This document shows, in pieces, positions 1 to 9,365 of a stretch of 64,000 nt of DNA. Location: positions 86,841 through 150,840 of the forward strand of contig CAZNFT010000001.1 of the NCBI GenBank assembly GCA_964572745.1. The letters are read 5' to 3'. Under the pieces are notes generated by a model. The model was not told the origin of the DNA, searched no databases, and saw only the letters and a list, made by a program, of their open reading frames with translations. Numbering within the stretch: position 1 is the first letter of the stretch; every line of letters starts with the position of its first letter. A program made the position numbers and the translations under genes. This stretch comes from an uncultured bacterium. Lineage in GTDB: Bacteria > Fidelibacterota > Fidelibacteria > Fidelibacterales > Fidelibacteraceae.

Positions 1-2673
1 GATAAAAGGATCAAGCAGGGATTCGAACTGAGCTGCCATCACCATGTAAACTAAAAGAATAGCAACAATAAGAGCTATCATAAAGTTTTTTGTAGTTTCC
101 TGTAAATCTTCTGCAGAACCTGTTATTTGTGTGCGGAAATCTGAAGGCATAGCCAGAGTTTTGATCTCTCGCTGAACATCGGTAGTCACAGATCCAAGAT
201 CTCGACCAGTAACACCCGCATCTATGTAAACTAAACGGCTCTGATCCACTCTGTTGATCGATACAGGGGCTCTACCTTCAACAATGGTGGCAATAGTGCC
301 AAGTGGAATTTGAGTGCCTGAGGGCGTCTTAATAAAGATGTTTTTCAGATCTTGCTTAGATTCACGGAATTCACGATCAAGTTGAACATAAACATTATAT
401 TCTTCACCATCTTCACGATATATGGACGCAATCTGACCTTTTATTGCCGTTTCTACTATCTGGGAAATTTGAGCAACATTTAAGCCCATTTTGCCTGCTT
501 TTTCACGGTCGATCTGAATTGTATATTCAGGTTGAGGGTCGGAAAATGAAAGCTTGATATCCACAAGGCCGGGGATGTTTTCCATTTTGTCTTTAAGTTC
601 TTTGGCAATGGCTTCGGCTTTTATAAGGTCGTAACCATATATTTCAATGCGCATATCGGAAGCACCACCGCCACCCATTCCGCTGCCACTGGAAAAAATA
701 GCAGTAACACCGGGAATGGCATTGATTTTGTCGCGCAATTCATCCTGGATCTCAAATTGTGAACGTTTCCTTTCATCTTTATCGACAAGTGATATGGAAA
801 CAGAACCACTGTTTGATGTTCCACCAAAAGCAGCGCCAAAACCACCCTGAGTACCAAAGTTAACATTAATATTTTTTGCTTCAGGTACTGAAGAGTTGAT
901 GATTTCTTCTATCTGTTTAAAATAAGAATCTGTGATTGGCAGAGCGGTTCCTACCGGCAACTCAACATCAAATCTTACTCGGTTATCATCAGTTTTGGGC
1001 ATGAATTCAAATCCGACTTTACTCAACAAGAAAAATGATAGGATAAAAAGTAGAAAAACCGAGAATACCAGGAGCCGTTTATGTTTTAAAGACCATGTTA
1101 AAGATCTGCGATAAGTTTGAGAAAGTCCATCAAAGAATCCACCCATTTTTTTATCGAAATTTTTCATGGCTTTAGTTTTATGGTCTTGTTGTTTTTTGGA
1201 AAGTAATTTGGATGATAATAAAGGAACCAAAGTCAAAGCAACAAAGAGAGAAACACTCAAAGAAATAATAATCGTTAAGGCAAGATCCTTAACCATCATA
1301 CCGGCAACACCGCCAATAAATAGCATGGGAATAAAGATGGAAAGTGTTGTTAAGGTTGATGCCGATATAGCAGTTCCGACTTCAGCAGCTCCTTTATCTG
1401 CAGCTATGCAGATGGGTTCATTTTCTTCATGGTTTCGTCTGAAAATACTTTCAAGTACAACTACCGAGTTGTCCACCAGCATTCCGATAGCGATCGCAAG
1501 TCCTGCCATGGAAATAATATTCAGAGTGACATTCAAAATGTTCATAACAAAGAAAGTTACAATAATAGAAACGGGGACGGAAATAGCAGTTGTTATGGCT
1601 GCGGAGAAGTTTCTTAAGAATATGAAAAGAACAAGAGCGGTAAGCAAAAAAGCCAATGCTGCTGTAGTTACCAAGTTATTTGTAGATTCCATAATGAATT
1701 CAGATTGATCCATATTCACAACCAGCTGTATATCTTTTCCTATATCGGCTTCGATATCTTTAATGGCTTTATTAGCTGCATTACAAACCTGAACTGTATT
1801 TGCATCCGATTGTTTTTGAAGGTTAATGTTAATGGTATTAATACCCATATCACGAACAATAGCTGTGGTTTCTTTAAAACCATCTTTTACTACCGCTACA
1901 TTTTTTAAAAAGATAGGATCGCCATATTGTGAATAAGAAACAATAGTGTTTTCAATATCCTCAACACTTTGGAATTCCGAGTTGGTTGTAACTGAAAACT
2001 CCATGTTTCCTTCTTCTATGATACCACCGGGGATAGGAAGATTGGAATAAGTGATCATGCTAACAACATCAAGAATTGAAATATTGTTCGCAGCTAATTC
2101 AAAGGGATTAATGTTAACCTGAATTTCTCGTTCCAGACCACCGAATACTCTGGCAGAGGCAACGCCTTCAACTCGCTCTAAACGTGGTTGGATCTGGTCT
2201 TCTACCAAACGGCGAAGTTCCGCAGAACCCAGCTCTTTTGATGTTGCAACTAAGCGCATAACAGGCATCATGGATGGATCAAAGACCATGGTTGTGGGTT
2301 CAGAAGCATCTGTGGGGAGGAAGTCCCTAACAAAATCGATCTTTCTCCGGATATTCGTTTCTGCTTGATCCATATCAGTTCCCCAGTTGAACTCTATCAT
2401 AATAAGAGAAGAACCTTTATTAGATACAGAGCTGATATGTTTAATACCTTCCACTGTAGAAAGTGTACTTTCCAAGGATCTGGTAAGAGTGTTTTCAATA
2501 TCTTCCGGCCCAACACCTTCGTAGGATGTGACCACAATAGCCATGGGGAATTCAAAATCAGGATAGAGATCCAACTTTAAATTGGATAATCCGTAGAGCC
2601 CGAATCCCAAGGCGATCAAAAAGATCATAAAGAATGTGATAGGTCGCTTTATACTTAAAGATGATAATTTCAT
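1..2673 (-). CDS. RND (AcrB/HAE1-type) efflux permease, first 891 codons; C-terminus lies beyond the left window edge
   Basis: Absent from the supplied ORF track because it is edge-truncated. Manual minus-strand translation from ATG (2673..2671) reads MKLSSLSIKRPITFFMIFLIALGFGLYGLSNLKLDLYPDFEFPMAIVVTSYEGVGPEDIENT... and stays open to base 1 (...MVMAAQFESLLDPFI). Contains the RND TM4-type block AGLAIAIGMLVDNSVVVLESI. Lies directly downstream of the adaptor and TolC genes. Confidence 0.9.
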   Translation of the reverse strand, partial: MKLSSLSIKRPITFFMIFLIALGFGLYGLSNLKLDLYPDFEFPMAIVVTSYEGVGPEDIENTLTRSLESTLSTVEGIKHISSVSNKGSSLIMIEFNWGTDMDQAETNIRRKIDFVRDFLPTDASEPTTMVFDPSMMPVMRLVATSKELGSAELRRLVEDQIQPRLERVEGVASARVFGGLEREIQVNINPFELAANNISILDVVSMITYSNLPIPGGIIEEGNMEFSVTTNSEFQSVEDIENTIVSYSQYGDPIFLKNVAVVKDGFKETTAIVRDMGINTININLQKQSDANTVQVCNAANKAIKDIEADIGKDIQLVVNMDQSEFIMESTNNLVTTAALAFLLTALVLFIFLRNFSAAITTAISVPVSIIVTFFVMNILNVTLNIISMAGLAIAIGMLVDNSVVVLESIFRRNHEENEPICIAADKGAAEVGTAISASTLTTLSIFIPMLFIGGVAGMMVKDLALTIIISLSVSLFVALTLVPLLSSKLLSKKQQDHKTKAMKNFDKKMGGFFDGLSQTYRRSLTWSLKHKRLLVFSVFLLFILSFFLLSKVGFEFMPKTDDNRVRFDVELPVGTALPITDSYFKQIEEIINSSVPEAKNINVNFGTQGGFGAAFGGTSNSGSVSISLVDKDERKRSQFEIQDELRDKINAIPGVTAIFSSGSGMGGGGASDMRIEIYGYDLIKAEAIAKELKDKMENIPGLVDIKLSFSDPQPEYTIQIDREKAGKMGLNVAQISQIVETAIKGQIASIYREDGEEYNVYVQLDREFRESKQDLKNIFIKTPSGTQIPLGTIATIVEGRAPVSINRVDQSRLVYIDAGVTGRDLGSVTTDVQREIKTLAMPSDFRTQITGSAEDLQETTKNFMIALIVAILLVYMVMAAQFESLLDPFI

Positions 2674-2697
2674 ATGTTTTTATACCTTTATTCCAGA

Positions 2698-3963
2698 TTA
2701 TTCAACAATATTGACCAGTGAAGAGTCGCTGAGATTGTTTTGTCCCATAACAACAACAAGGTCACCTTCTGTAAGACCGCTGAGGACTTCGTATTTTGTT
2801 TTAGATTGAATACCGATTTTAAGCTCTCTGTTTATGGCTATACCATCACGAACGATGAAGCAGGAGTAAGTCTCTACAACTTTATCTTCGCGAAGATTAG
2901 TTTCAGATCTTTCAAGAACGGTCTGCTTGTTTGTGACAGCTTTTTCTATAGTGAAAGCCTGATCTCTTTCTTGCGTAACAATATCAACACGAGCGAACAT
3001 ACCCGGCTTTAGGCGAGCATCATCATTCTTGGCAATGATCTCTATTTTAGCTGTACGGGTCATAGGATCAATAACAGGAGAGACGGTTTCAACTTTGCCT
3101 TCGAATATCTGATTGGGATAAGAGCTTAGGTGAATTTCTGTACGCTGACCAACCTTAATAAAGCCAAGATCAGATTCTGTAACATTGATATTGATCTTCA
3201 CGGTCTCAGTCTGGTGAATAGTTAAAAAAGGTTTTTGAGGGGTGCTCATATCACCAATGCGGTAAGCAAGATTAGAAACATATCCACTGATAGGTGCTGT
3301 TACACTTGCATAGGTAAGTTGTGTTTCAGCCATGGAAAGTGCTGCTTTGGCTTGTTCAAGGCCAGCTTCGGCAACTTCTTTTTGCGTGACGAGTTGGTCC
3401 CACTGAGAGTCTGAAATAGCCTTTGCTTCATAAAGTGTTTTCATGCGTTCAAATTCAACATTAACATTGGCAACCTGACTTTTTGCACTAAGATATGCGC
3501 CCTGAGCTTGTGCTTTAGAAGCACGAACGGTAGCATCATCTATTTTAGCAAGAAGCTCACCCTTTTTGACATAATCGCCGTTTTCTACATAAATATCCCA
3601 AACCGTATCGGTCAGTTTAGGATAAACTACAACAGAAGGGTCACCGGTAATATCACCAAGATATTGGACCTTTTGAGCAATATGTTCGGCTACGACTTTT
3701 TTAACAGCAACGGGTGTAATGGTCAGGTCGTCACTTTCACTTTGTTTACTGGCAGGTGCTAGTACTTTGTTTAATTTAGCAAGAAAGCGGCGGGCTTCAA
3801 CATCGCTGGGGTCAGCAGAAAATTCATTTGTAAGAGTGCGGACTTTATCCGCTGTTTTTTTGTAGTCAATATTTGTTTTGGCTTTTTCGCCGGGCGCACC
3901 GCAAGATACAAGCAGCATACCGATGATCATTAAAAATGTGATAGTTTTTAAAGAAGTTCTCAT
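2698..3963 (-). CDS. RND efflux periplasmic adaptor (membrane fusion protein, HlyD/AcrA family)
   Basis: ORF 2698..3975. Lipoprotein-type signal (MLLVSCGAP), long coiled-coil segment and beta-barrel C-terminal part typical of MFPs. ATG at 3963 is preferred (GGAG about 7 nt upstream, 1 nt after the TolC stop) over ATG at 3975. Confidence 0.85.
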   Translation of the reverse strand: MRTSLKTITFLMIIGMLLVSCGAPGEKAKTNIDYKKTADKVRTLTNEFSADPSDVEARRFLAKLNKVLAPASKQSESDDLTITPVAVKKVVAEHIAQKVQYLGDITGDPSVVVYPKLTDTVWDIYVENGDYVKKGELLAKIDDATVRASKAQAQGAYLSAKSQVANVNVEFERMKTLYEAKAISDSQWDQLVTQKEVAEAGLEQAKAALSMAETQLTYASVTAPISGYVSNLAYRIGDMSTPQKPFLTIHQTETVKININVTESDLGFIKVGQRTEIHLSSYPNQIFEGKVETVSPVIDPMTRTAKIEIIAKNDDARLKPGMFARVDIVTQERDQAFTIEKAVTNKQTVLERSETNLREDKVVETYSCFIVRDGIAINRELKIGIQSKTKYEVLSGLTEGDLVVVMGQNNLSDSSLVNIVE

Positions 3964-3964
3964 A

Positions 3965-5290
3965 TTATTCTCCATTATTAGTCAACAGATTGTTCAAGGA
4001 TTTTTTTAGGTCTTCTACAGCAAGATTGTACTGGAAAAGCGATGATATATAATTCGATTTAGCACCAAGGTATCCACTTTCTGCAGATACCAGTTCTAAT
4101 TGTGTTGCTGAACCATTTTCGTATAAAAGTTTTGAAAGACGTAAAGCTTCTTCAGCTTGCTTAACCACATCTTCATTGGCGAAAATATTGCTTTGCATTT
4201 CTTCGACTTTTCTATAAGCCGCATCTACATCGGTGTAAACAAAATTTTCCATTTGTTCCAATTGATACTGAGCTTCTTTTACACCAATATTTGCTTTTTG
4301 AATGCTTGCTGCGTTCTTGCCACCATTAAAAAGAGGCAGAGAAACAGAGAGAGATATATTGCTGGAACGACGGTGTTCCAGATCGGCAATAAGGTCATTA
4401 TTAGCTTGCCACTGGAGGTTTCCACCGACTTGAACTTTAGGCAAAATAGAGCTCCAGGCAAGATTACGCTGGTATTGAGCTAACTTTTCTTGCTCCTGAA
4501 GCATCTTGAGTTCCAGGCGTTCTTCTTTTGTCAGCTGAGTGAGGTCATCCAGACTCATACCTTCAAAAGGATTTTCAATTTTTTCAAGTGAACCGACCAC
4601 AGCAATACTTTCCAGAGAAGGATCATTAATGTAAGTTTTTAAATTTGTTAGAGCCGATACACGTTGATTTTGTAAGGAAACCAATTGAGGTTTATAAGAT
4701 TCGTAACGAACTTTTGCTTGCAAAACATCTAGTTTAGTAGCGTGGCCAACTGCCTGACGTTGTAAAGCAAGATTATAACTTTCTTCTGATGAGGAAAGTC
4801 CGACTTCCGTTGCCTCTATCATAGAATTTAACATTTGTGATTGATAATAAAGTACACGGATAGTATAAATAACCGTGTTAACCTGATCTTGCAGAGATAA
4901 TTCTGAAAGATTGACTGCTACATTAGACATTAATTGACCATTAATTATAGCACCACCGGTAAAAATGGGATAAGAAAGTTGAACACCCGCAACGGAGCTA
5001 TACTTTGAGCCTATTTGCATTTCAGTGGGTGGGGCTGGACCATCGCCATCAAAGTCTATGACCATAACGGAAAGTTCCAAGTTATCTTGCAATTGGTAAA
5101 ACGATGAAACAGTAGGGAAGAAATTTGCCAGCGTTTCGCGTGAAGAAGCTTTTGCTTTTTGCAGAGAAGCTTCCGAAAGTTTTATTTGAATATTGTTTTC
5201 TAAGGCCAGTCTTTCGGCTTCTTGTAGAGTAATCTCTTGTGCAGAAAGGGAAAGGCTTAGAATTATTATTAGACTAAGGAGTTTTTTCAT
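3965..5290 (-). CDS. TolC-family outer-membrane efflux channel
   Basis: 441 aa with signal peptide (LSLSAQE) and two-fold repeated alpha-helical/beta pattern of outer membrane factor proteins. Operon position between TetR and adaptor. 4-nt overlap with the TetR stop. Confidence 0.85.
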   Translation of the reverse strand: MKKLLSLIIILSLSLSAQEITLQEAERLALENNIQIKLSEASLQKAKASSRETLANFFPTVSSFYQLQDNLELSVMVIDFDGDGPAPPTEMQIGSKYSSVAGVQLSYPIFTGGAIINGQLMSNVAVNLSELSLQDQVNTVIYTIRVLYYQSQMLNSMIEATEVGLSSSEESYNLALQRQAVGHATKLDVLQAKVRYESYKPQLVSLQNQRVSALTNLKTYINDPSLESIAVVGSLEKIENPFEGMSLDDLTQLTKEERLELKMLQEQEKLAQYQRNLAWSSILPKVQVGGNLQWQANNDLIADLEHRRSSNISLSVSLPLFNGGKNAASIQKANIGVKEAQYQLEQMENFVYTDVDAAYRKVEEMQSNIFANEDVVKQAEEALRLSKLLYENGSATQLELVSAESGYLGAKSNYISSLFQYNLAVEDLKKSLNNLLTNNGE

Positions 5291-5880
5291 TTCTTAGTAA
5301 ATCCTTCTTTTAGTAGTGTTATCAAATTTTCAATGCGTTCTTCAGGTGAATTAGCAAATTCAGATATTTTTATAATTTTAGGTCCGGAGGTATGATGTAT
5401 CATACCGGTGATGGCAAAAGTTAAAAAATTTAATGGCATATCATCTCTTAGTTCTCCGTTTTCAATGCCTTTTTCTACGATCTTGAAAGTCGCTTGTTTT
5501 TGACGCTCAAAATAGCCTTTTAGCATTTCTTGATCTATATTTTTATCAAAACTTCGGGATGCAACTTTTCTAAACAAAGTGAAAGTTGCCGGGTTGTTTT
5601 CGGAAAAATTACACATATCTTTAATTATAAAGCGTAATTTTTCCCAAATCGATTCATCGGATTCAGCTAAAGTTTCCAGGTTTTCGACGATTTTCTCTAT
5701 GCTGTGATGAATGCAGGCAGAAAATATTTCTTCTTTTCCAGGAAAATGATAATATAGTGCAGCTTTTGAGATTTTCAATTCCTCAGCTATCTCTCGCATA
5801 GATGTTCCAATGTAACCGTTCTCAGCAAAGGACTTGATAGCGACTGCTATTATTTTATCGTGTGTTGTTATATTGCTCAT
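5287..5880 (-). CDS. TetR/AcrR family transcriptional regulator
   Basis: 197 aa. N-terminal [39 protein letters not shown] is typical TetR. First gene of the efflux operon. Confidence 0.9.
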   Translation of the reverse strand: MSNITTHDKIIAVAIKSFAENGYIGTSMREIAEELKISKAALYYHFPGKEEIFSACIHHSIEKIVENLETLAESDESIWEKLRFIIKDMCNFSENNPATFTLFRKVASRSFDKNIDQEMLKGYFERQKQATFKIVEKGIENGELRDDMPLNFLTFAITGMIHHTSGPKIIKISEFANSPEERIENLITLLKEGFTKK

Positions 5881-6218
5881 GTTTTATGGGCTCCTTTTGA
5901 ACTTAACGAACCGAAACTAAGCTCTTAAGTATCCAAAGTCAAGAAAAAACTTACCGAACGGTCAGTAATTTACAATAACAAGAGAAGTAAAAATAGATAT
6001 GCTTATAGTTTGGGAGTCTGAGGGCTATGAGTTCTGAATTTTTCCTTATCAATTCAGAGAACCTTTTGCATAAGTTCACACTATCTGGATTGTGAGAAAA
6101 ATATTCCTTTTTTCGATACCAATATCGTAGCTTATAATGAATTATTGGCAAGAGATATAAAGAAGAACAGGCAGATTATATCCGCAAATGCTTAGGTGGG
6201 AGCTTAAGCAAAGGATTT

Positions 6219-6863
6219 TCAAATGTTATTATCTAAAGCATTGAGTTTATTTTGAAATGATTCTATGAATTTTGCTGCATGCGCGCCATCCATGAGGGAA
6301 TGATGTGCATGAATGGCAAGAGGCATAGTTTTTCTGCCATTCTCTGTGGTCATTTTTCCAAAAGTAAAAATTGGGACACCTTCGGTATTTGGGAGATCTA
6401 CAGGATGTTCAACAGAAGTGAATTTGATCCAGGGCATGATGGAGTAATAAATGGTTTCGGGACAATCTTTTGATGTATCGAGGTCGGGATGTGTTTTAAC
6501 CCTATGAACTTCTTTTTCAGCATCAGGCAAGAATTTTTCTAGGCTATCCTTGTATTCTAACATGGCATAACCCATTTCGCCGTCATTTCGCATGATGGTC
6601 GGGGAGCCATTGACTTTATCAAAAATCACCGGTTTTTTATTTTCTAATCTGATACGAAATTCAGGGATCTCATTTGCGGTTTTCAAGGAGAGATAGAAAT
6701 AATACAGGAAAAATGAAATACCAAGATCTTTTGCCCTTGTATATGCATTTGTACAATCTATTGTGCAGGTCATGCCAAAATATGGATCGCTATAAGGCAA
6801 GAAATGCTGAAAAGCTGTTGCTCGAGGCCAGGTTTTTAAATCGATATATTTTTTCATGATCAT
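6219..6863 (-). CDS. cat: Type-A chloramphenicol O-acetyltransferase
   Basis: 214 aa. Start MKKYIDLKTWPR...F, CAT-length protein with the catalytic His block AIHAHHSLMDGAHAAKF (compare canonical HHAVCDGFH). Confidence 0.8.
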   Translation of the reverse strand: MIMKKYIDLKTWPRATAFQHFLPYSDPYFGMTCTIDCTNAYTRAKDLGISFFLYYFYLSLKTANEIPEFRIRLENKKPVIFDKVNGSPTIMRNDGEMGYAMLEYKDSLEKFLPDAEKEVHRVKTHPDLDTSKDCPETIYYSIMPWIKFTSVEHPVDLPNTEGVPIFTFGKMTTENGRKTMPLAIHAHHSLMDGAHAAKFIESFQNKLNALDNNI

Positions 6864-6976
6864 AATTTAATGGAATTATTTGTAGAATACAGTGATTTTA
6901 ATAAATAATAAAGGCAAATAAAAATTATTATCTGCTCGGCAATAATTTTCCTGTATTTAGTGAAAAGCGTATGAAA

Positions 6977-7609
6977 TTAGAACTTATAGCTATAATCCAA
7001 AGTGATAATATGTTTGATTTTGTTTTCGTTGAGATAATTATCAAGCTTATAACTCAGACCTATGGACTGGTCTTTGATAAAACGCCAATCGGCACCCAAA
7101 CCATAGCGAATTTTATAAATTGTACTATTTTCTAACTGATGAAACAATTCTGCAGAAAGAAAAGGATCAACCTTGAGTTTAGGGATGTCATACTCCAGGT
7201 TAGCTTTATAGCGCAAGAGATTTAAGAGATTGTTATCCCCATTATAATTACTGAACATGATTTTTAATGATGGTAAAAAACGACCGATCTCGTGTTCGAA
7301 TGCTGAAAAAACGGAGTAGCGGTGAATGTATTCTGTGGGTTTATTGCTTTTGTGATCCATAGTCAATCTATAAGAAAGGCCCAGATCAAGATTTTTAAGC
7401 GGCGAATATTTAAGTTCCGCTTCAGTTAAAGACTCATCTAATCCATTATTATTAAAACGTAATTCGGGGATTAGGTAAAATTTTACATTTTTGAAAAGCG
7501 AAACTCTTAGGCTTCCCTCCACACGATATTCTGTTTTGTGAGTATTAACTGCAAAGAGCATAGAAAACAGTGAAAGAATAATGACTGTTTTTTTAAATAA
7601 TGATCTCAT
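6977..7609 (-). CDS. Outer-membrane beta-barrel protein (DUF2490-like), last gene of the VTC operon
   Basis: 210 aa with signal peptide, alternating beta-strand pattern and C-terminal ...LDYSYKF aromatic terminus. 4-nt overlap with the upstream DUF4956 gene. Confidence 0.6.
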   Translation of the reverse strand: MRSLFKKTVIILSLFSMLFAVNTHKTEYRVEGSLRVSLFKNVKFYLIPELRFNNNGLDESLTEAELKYSPLKNLDLGLSYRLTMDHKSNKPTEYIHRYSVFSAFEHEIGRFLPSLKIMFSNYNGDNNLLNLLRYKANLEYDIPKLKVDPFLSAELFHQLENSTIYKIRYGLGADWRFIKDQSIGLSYKLDNYLNENKIKHIITLDYSYKF

Positions 7610-8094
7610 GTTAAATCCTTTTTCTTCTCATTATTTGGAGCATCATCATAATAGTAAAGTTCCATGTCAGCTATATCACGAAGATAGTCTATTTTTATGA
7701 CTTTTACCCGGATAACATTCAGACCGGTACGCTTACGAATATCTTCTAATAGCAAAGTCTCGTCATCTTTGTTAATCAGTTCAATTTTTTCATAGCGTAA
7801 TATCATGAGCTTTTCTTTGCAGGGATCTAAAACTTTTTCTAAGTAGTATAGTCCCACAAAAACCATGGAATTTGTAAGTAGCAATTCTACATAGCTGACC
7901 TTTTTATTCGATAAAGCATTGATCACCGAAATGCCAATGATCACAAAAAGGTAGGTCATTTCTTTGATAGGAATTGGATCGGTTCGATAGCGGATAATGC
8001 CAAAAATAGCAAAAAGTCCCAGAGCAAAGCCCATTTGTAATTTTACGCTATGCAGTAAGAAAGTCAGTAAAAATATTGTAGCACCCACGGCCAT
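7606..8094 (-). CDS. DUF4956-family membrane protein, C-terminal 162 codons (portion downstream of an in-frame TGA)
   Basis: Contains the DUF4956-type block KLQMGFALGLFAIFGIIRYRTDPIPIKEMTYLF. No Shine-Dalgarno sequence ahead of the ATG at 8094. The frame continues upstream through TGA 8143..8145 (see next feature). Confidence 0.75.
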   Translation of the reverse strand: MAVGATIFLLTFLLHSVKLQMGFALGLFAIFGIIRYRTDPIPIKEMTYLFVIIGISVINALSNKKVSYVELLLTNSMVFVGLYYLEKVLDPCKEKLMILRYEKIELINKDDETLLLEDIRKRTGLNVIRVKVIKIDYLRDIADMELYYYDDAPNNEKKKDLT

Positions 8095-8145
8095 AAAACT
8101 GAGGGAGAACTCTTTGGAATTTTGCCGTTTGTTGTAAATTTTTCA

Positions 8146-8307
8146 TACGATCAGGAATAATATCAACATATTAAAAGAAAAGCGGACTAAAAGCTCCAGA
8201 GTATCCGCTACATTTATAACACGGATATCGAATAAACGAATGTGTTCGAATAATTCGTTTATTTCAACTCCACTTGATGCTGAATCTTGTGCAAATAAAA
8301 GTCCCAT
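8146..8307 (-). pseudogene. N-terminal 54 codons of the same DUF4956 gene, separated from the rest by one in-frame TGA (8143..8145)
   Basis: Manual translation gives MGLLFAQDSASSGVEINELFEHIRLFDIRVINVADTLELLVRFSFNMLILFLIV-TGA-KIYNKRQNSKEFSLSFMAVGATIF... ATG 8307..8305 is in frame with ATG 8094 (213 nt apart) and is preceded by AGGTGG 4 nt upstream, overlapping the VTC stop. The piece is below the 60-aa cut-off of the ORF track. Confidence 0.6.
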
Positions 8308-8315
8308 TTTACCAC

Positions 8316-9095
8316 CTATATGTTGTAAAGATCGGGTTTCCCGAGTATTTTCCCGAGATTTCGGATCTTTTGTTTGAATCTATTTCGTTTAATATTTTTA
8401 TCTGTCAATGCTCGACCGATACAATATTTGCTAAAGCCGGATGCTTTTAATCTGGCCTCTCTTAAGTACATTTTTAAAGGTGAAGAATTGCTTCCCTTTT
8501 CAGATTTAAGTTCAAGAATGACAAGGCCATCCATGACAATTGATTTTTCTTTTCCTGTAAAACTTATATCAAGATCAATGGTAGAACGCTCAGTAAAATT
8601 TTTATTGATGAGCGTAAGTCGGTTAAAATGACTTGTTAGGATATGACTTAATTCTTCATCGCCAAAAATACTTCTTTTTTTAAGAAATTCTGTTTCATCT
8701 TTATTGAAGTCTGTTAATTGGCCTGTCGATTCGACTCTTTTTTTAATCGTTCTACCCTTATTATTCTTAAATTTTACTTCAAGAAAGCTGTCTTGAGAAT
8801 CTAAATAATCTCTTCGACGAATCTTAAATCTATTGAGTTTTCCATTGTGATGCAGAGTGTACATTTTATTATCCGGTGTATCAAAGTACTTTGTTGCATA
8901 AGCTTGCGATGGGCGGCCTTCTATTGTTTGAACTAAATAATCATTTTTGACAGCTTCGAATAAGTCCGGTAATTTTGAAACATGGAACCAGTATTTTTTA
9001 TCAACACGATTCATGAACCGGACTTTTGTCGCTTGCTCCAATGGAAGCTTCTCAAGTTCCAGATCACGAATTATTTCATTAAATGTGTTCTTCAT
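8316..9095 (-). CDS. VTC-domain (polyphosphate polymerase / CYTH-like triphosphate tunnel) protein
   Basis: ORF 8316..9158. Sequence RFMNRVDKKYWF...YATKYFDTPDNKMYTLHHNGKLNRFKIRRRDYLDSQDSFLEVKFKNNKGRTIKKR matches the bacterial VTC-domain pattern. The internal start MKNTFNEII (9095) is more likely than 9158. Confidence 0.8.
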   Translation of the reverse strand: MKNTFNEIIRDLELEKLPLEQATKVRFMNRVDKKYWFHVSKLPDLFEAVKNDYLVQTIEGRPSQAYATKYFDTPDNKMYTLHHNGKLNRFKIRRRDYLDSQDSFLEVKFKNNKGRTIKKRVESTGQLTDFNKDETEFLKKRSIFGDEELSHILTSHFNRLTLINKNFTERSTIDLDISFTGKEKSIVMDGLVILELKSEKGSNSSPLKMYLREARLKASGFSKYCIGRALTDKNIKRNRFKQKIRNLGKILGKPDLYNI

Positions 9096-9365
9096 TGAGT
9101 GTACTAATCCCTTTAATGACTTAGTTTCTAAGTGAATATAAATATAAAATATCCTCAAATCCTAATACCACTTTTATTAAATTAGTGAAGAGCACGTAGT
9201 AAAGGCATAGCTGTTATGAATGCTAAAACTGCGAAGGGTAAAATGCAGAAGTCTTGAATTAGGGTCTCACGACTCGTAATTTAGGTTTTAGGATGCTTGA
9301 ATATTTAATTCCTTTTCATTATATTTATTTTCAGTCATTATTTTTTGTTAAATAAGGAGTTACTC

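Noticed and set aside
621-2580. Plus- and minus-strand ORFs of 60-180 aa in the track (for example 1166..1708 +, 180 aa)
   Set aside because: They lie inside or antisense to the uninterrupted 891-codon RND permease frame on the minus strand. Their composition is low-complexity or hydrophobic mirror-image. They are shadow ORFs.
5951-6151. 66-aa minus-strand ORF between the TetR and cat genes
   Set aside because: Basic, low-complexity composition, no RBS, and it sits in a promoter/terminator spacer. Imperfect palindromes here (for example ACCG-AA-CGGT near 5953..5962) might be TetR operators, but they are too short to call.
8143-8145. Selenocysteine or a TGA-sense genetic code
   Set aside because: TGA terminates several well-defined genes in this window. 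There is no convincing SECIS-type hairpin right after the codon, and the site lies in a hydrophobic membrane segment. A nonsense mutation or sequencing error is more parsimonious.
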